From an uncultured Pseudomonadota bacterium (GTDB lineage Bacteria; Pseudomonadota; Alphaproteobacteria; Rs-D84), in NCBI GenBank assembly GCA_902787665.1, contig CADAHF010000002.1, forward strand, positions 2,637 through 66,636: a DNA stretch of 64,000 nt. Reading direction: 5' to 3'. Shown piece after piece: positions 61,417-64,000 of this stretch. Both the position numbers and the translations under genes were made by a program. Position 1 is the stretch's first letter, and every line of letters starts with the position of its first letter. The notes beneath the pieces were generated by a model. That model had not been told where the DNA came from, did not search any database, and saw only the letters and a list, made by a program, of their open reading frames with translations.

Positions 61417-62070
61417 TTACTTTAACATTTCGGCACTGCCAACAATTGATGCAGGAGCATCTTTGTCGTTAATGATTTTATCAAGCCAAGGTTTAGCTGC
61501 ATCTGGATTATTTTCCGACAAATACTTTTGCGCCACAGTCAAACATGCAGTGAAATAAAAAGGTGATGACTTTGTATTAAGCGGTGACAGATATTTTTCA
61601 ACATCCGCCCCCGACATTTCGTCACCCTTGATTCCAATTATATGCAAACGCGCCAAATCACGAAAATCACGCGTATCACCATTTTCAGCCAAATCTTCCA
61701 AATTTTTAATATCTTTATTCAAAATATATGATTGAAACAGTGCTAAATCAGCGGTTGCACCAGATGTGTTTTTACCAATAGCCGCAAGCGCATTTGCGTC
61801 CAGATTTTCAAGCGCCGTTTCATAATTTACCGCACGCGCAATTTGACGCGCACGATATTCACGAACACCAATTTGAACACCAGTAACCAAAATCATAAGA
61901 ATCAGCGCTGCAGACACCATTTGGCGATAATATTTCTTAATAAACGCGGTTGTTTTGTCGTTGTTTACTTCTTCCCAAACCTCACGATAAAGGGCGTCTT
62001 GAGCATATTCTTCACGCGTCTTTTTCTCTTTTGGTTTAAGGTTTTTATTTCTTTGCAAAATTGTTGCCAT
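61417..62070 (-). CDS. YfgM-like membrane-anchored TPR-like protein
   Basis: Charged N-terminus, single TM (VSAALILMILVTGVQIGV) and a helical periplasmic domain. Synteny with bamB. Confidence 0.55.
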   Translation of the reverse strand: MATILQRNKNLKPKEKKTREEYAQDALYREVWEEVNNDKTTAFIKKYYRQMVSAALILMILVTGVQIGVREYRARQIARAVNYETALENLDANALAAIGKNTSGATADLALFQSYILNKDIKNLEDLAENGDTRDFRDLARLHIIGIKGDEMSGADVEKYLSPLNTKSSPFYFTACLTVAQKYLSENNPDAAKPWLDKIINDKDAPASIVGSAEMLK

Positions 62071-62098
62071 AGATTTTTCTCCTGTCGTTAATGGTGCC

Positions 62099-62126
62099 TT
62101 GATAAATCTTATTTTATTGCTATACT
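62099..62126 (+). promoter_or_regulatory. sigma70-like promoter TTGATA-16-TATACT ending 9 nt before rpoH ATG (leaderless or near-leaderless)
   Basis: TTGATA 62099-62104, TATACT 62121-62126, then ataaaagtt-ATG. No Shine-Dalgarno. Confidence 0.5.
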
Positions 62127-62135
62127 ATAAAAGTT

Positions 62136-63044
62136 ATGAAAAAGCAAATCAAGAACGCTTTACCTGCAACCACTAACACGAGCATTGTCGCTGCCCGTGG
62201 GGTCAGTGACGAAAATGGTTTGGCACAATATATCCAAACAATTCAGAAAATTCCTATTTTAACCGCCGAAGAAGAATATGAATATGCAAATCAATGGATA
62301 AAAAATCACGATAATACGGCCGCTGAAAAGTTGGTGGCAAGCCATTTGCGCCTTGTCGTGTCGGTGGCGTATGATTTTAAAAACTATGGTGTGCCAATGG
62401 GCGAATTGATTGCCAGTGGCAATATGGGATTAATGCAAGCGTTACAGAAATTTGATCCAGAAAAAGGTTTTCGTTTTTCCACATACGCAATGTTTTGGAT
62501 TAAAGCAGAAATTTATGAAACAATTTTGGACAATTGGTCAATTGTAAAAATTGGAACATCTGCAAACCAAAAGCGCGTATTCTTTAACCTGGCCCGTGCA
62601 AAACGCGCATTGGGTATAATGGATAACAGTATGTCTGATGAACAGACAAAACAGGTTGCAGAATATCTTGATGTACCAGAAACCGATGTTAAACGCATGG
62701 CAACGCGAATATCTGCGCGCGATGTTTCATTAAATGCACCGATGCGTAATGATGAAGATGCATCAGATATTTTATCTAATATGGCAGACAATCGTGAAAA
62801 TATCGCGGATACTGTTGAAAATATGGAAATGCGCCGTTTGGGGTATGATTTATTAAAAAAGCACCTGGCCGAATTGCCGGAAAGAGACAGAGAAATTTTA
62901 AAGGCACGCAGATTAACAGAACCAGCATTAACACTTGAAGCATTGGCACAAAAATACGGCATTTCCCGTGAACGCGTTCGCCAAATTGAAGAACGGGCTT
63001 TTGCGCGTTTGCGTGATGCGATATTAAAAGAAACACAAGGATAA
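62136..63044 (+). CDS. rpoH: RNA polymerase sigma-32 factor
   Basis: Regions 2-4 are clear (HLRLVVSVAYDFKNYG, FRFSTYAMFWIKAEI). RpoH-box-like NQKRVFFNLARAK and C-terminal GISRERVRQIE. Confidence 0.88.
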   Translation: MKKQIKNALPATTNTSIVAARGVSDENGLAQYIQTIQKIPILTAEEEYEYANQWIKNHDNTAAEKLVASHLRLVVSVAYDFKNYGVPMGELIASGNMGLMQALQKFDPEKGFRFSTYAMFWIKAEIYETILDNWSIVKIGTSANQKRVFFNLARAKRALGIMDNSMSDEQTKQVAEYLDVPETDVKRMATRISARDVSLNAPMRNDEDASDILSNMADNRENIADTVENMEMRRLGYDLLKKHLAELPERDREILKARRLTEPALTLEALAQKYGISRERVRQIEERAFARLRDAILKETQG

Positions 63045-63047
63045 TTT

Positions 63048-64000
63048 ATGCGGACAAGTTTTATTGCTTTTGGAATCGTATTGTCCACAGTTATATCTGC
63101 GGCTGCCGCACCAATTGAACATAGCGAAGATGGCGTTACGGCACGTCTGTCTGGTTATGGCACCATTGGTATGATTGAGCCTGATTTTGCATTAAAAAAT
63201 TCTTCGTTCTTGGGCGATTGGTCGATACGCGGACAATTAACCTACGATGCAGACGACACGCATCGTTTGGGTTTTGTTTATTCTTTGAATCAGCAAACCG
63301 TTGATGAAGATGAATATATAAACGATTTGTTCGCATTGTGGCAAATCAAAGAATTCGGACGAATTGAAATTGGTCTGACAGATTCAGTTACAGAAAAACT
63401 AGGTCTTGGATTGCCCGATGTTGGCGGTTTGAGATTAAATGACAATTCATTGATTTATAAAAAAATCAAACCAGATGATGCAATTATTGCCGATACAACT
63501 CTTGATTCTGGTGATGGCGCCCCCCGTTTGAATATTGTTAGTGTGCCAGTTGATAATGTTCAATACGGACTGTCCGTGGCTGGTCTTGGCGATGATTATA
63601 GCTTTGTTATCGATGGTGCAATAAAAATTCGCCGTCCAAACGGCAAAACAAAAACAGCTTATTCCATTGGTGCATCTTTTATGTCGCGACCAGATGATTT
63701 TTCCCAATCGCCATATTCACCTAATGTAACGGCAGATTGGCGCGCACAATTTGCTGCATCTATGAATTTGCAATATAACAGCTTAATGTTTGCTTTTAAT
63801 GCGCGCGCAATTTACGATAAAAACCCTGTTGTCATGGTTTCTGATGGTATCATTTTGGGAACGGGTATAAGTTATGATTTGTTTAAATATACCGTATCAT
63901 TATCCTATTTGTTGTCTGATACTGGCATATGGCATAAAGATATAGATAACAATATGTATCACACAGTTGTTTCGTCTTTCCGTTATAAATACAGCGAAAA
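63048..64000 (+). CDS. porin-like outer-membrane beta-barrel protein, N-terminal 317 codons (runs off window end)
   Basis: Own translation from ATG 63048 (AAGGA RBS): MRTSFIAFGIVLSTVISAAAAPIEH... The frame is open to nt 64000. Alternating-hydrophobic strands and aromatic girdle residues are present. Absent from ORF track (no stop). Confidence 0.55.
   Translation, partial: MRTSFIAFGIVLSTVISAAAAPIEHSEDGVTARLSGYGTIGMIEPDFALKNSSFLGDWSIRGQLTYDADDTHRLGFVYSLNQQTVDEDEYINDLFALWQIKEFGRIEIGLTDSVTEKLGLGLPDVGGLRLNDNSLIYKKIKPDDAIIADTTLDSGDGAPRLNIVSVPVDNVQYGLSVAGLGDDYSFVIDGAIKIRRPNGKTKTAYSIGASFMSRPDDFSQSPYSPNVTADWRAQFAASMNLQYNSLMFAFNARAIYDKNPVVMVSDGIILGTGISYDLFKYTVSLSYLLSDTGIWHKDIDNNMYHTVVSSFRYKYSE

Overview
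This 64-kb chromosomal window comes from a low-GC Gram-negative bacterium. Gene content suggests a small-genome alphaproteobacterium: alpha-type SspB, DUF4167, RpoH, PpdK, ParAB-RsmG, Skp-LpxD-FabZ, LptD/SurA, Pal, and TolC/MacA. That placement is inference from motif recognition; no database search was run.

The window holds one rRNA operon on the minus strand (16S, tRNA-Ile, 23S, 5S, with no tRNA-Ala). It also holds tRNA-Val and tRNA-Cys, about 55 protein genes that are mostly housekeeping or envelope biogenesis, and many bidirectional hairpin terminators.

Two lineage-specific blocks stand out:
- Block 1 (9.2-16.6 kb): four signal-peptide, cysteine-rich proteins of 247-1058 aa. Two of them share a 6-Cys module. 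The block is interrupted by a 440-bp intergenic region packed with palindromic repeat elements.
- Block 2 (17.6-22.5 kb): a tightly coupled operon encoding three paralogous, unusually large (about 400-470 aa) proteins with prepilin-type N-termini. A zinc-ribbon/DUF3426 membrane protein and a small secreted protein follow them. A separate short pilin plus an OmpA-like lipoprotein lie at 24.5-25.7 kb. No pilus or T2SS assembly genes occur in the window.

Other notable items:
- a duplicated tRNA-Val 3' end
- a pair of parS-like palindromes upstream of parA
- an ATT-initiated infC
- several apparently leaderless promoters
- compensated base-pair swaps in the 16S decoding helix
- a TolC-MacA-permease cluster with no ATPase gene

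No CRISPR array, transposase or integrase gene was seen. RNA ends are accurate to roughly +/-5-10 nt. All product calls rest on my own reading of motifs and are unverified.
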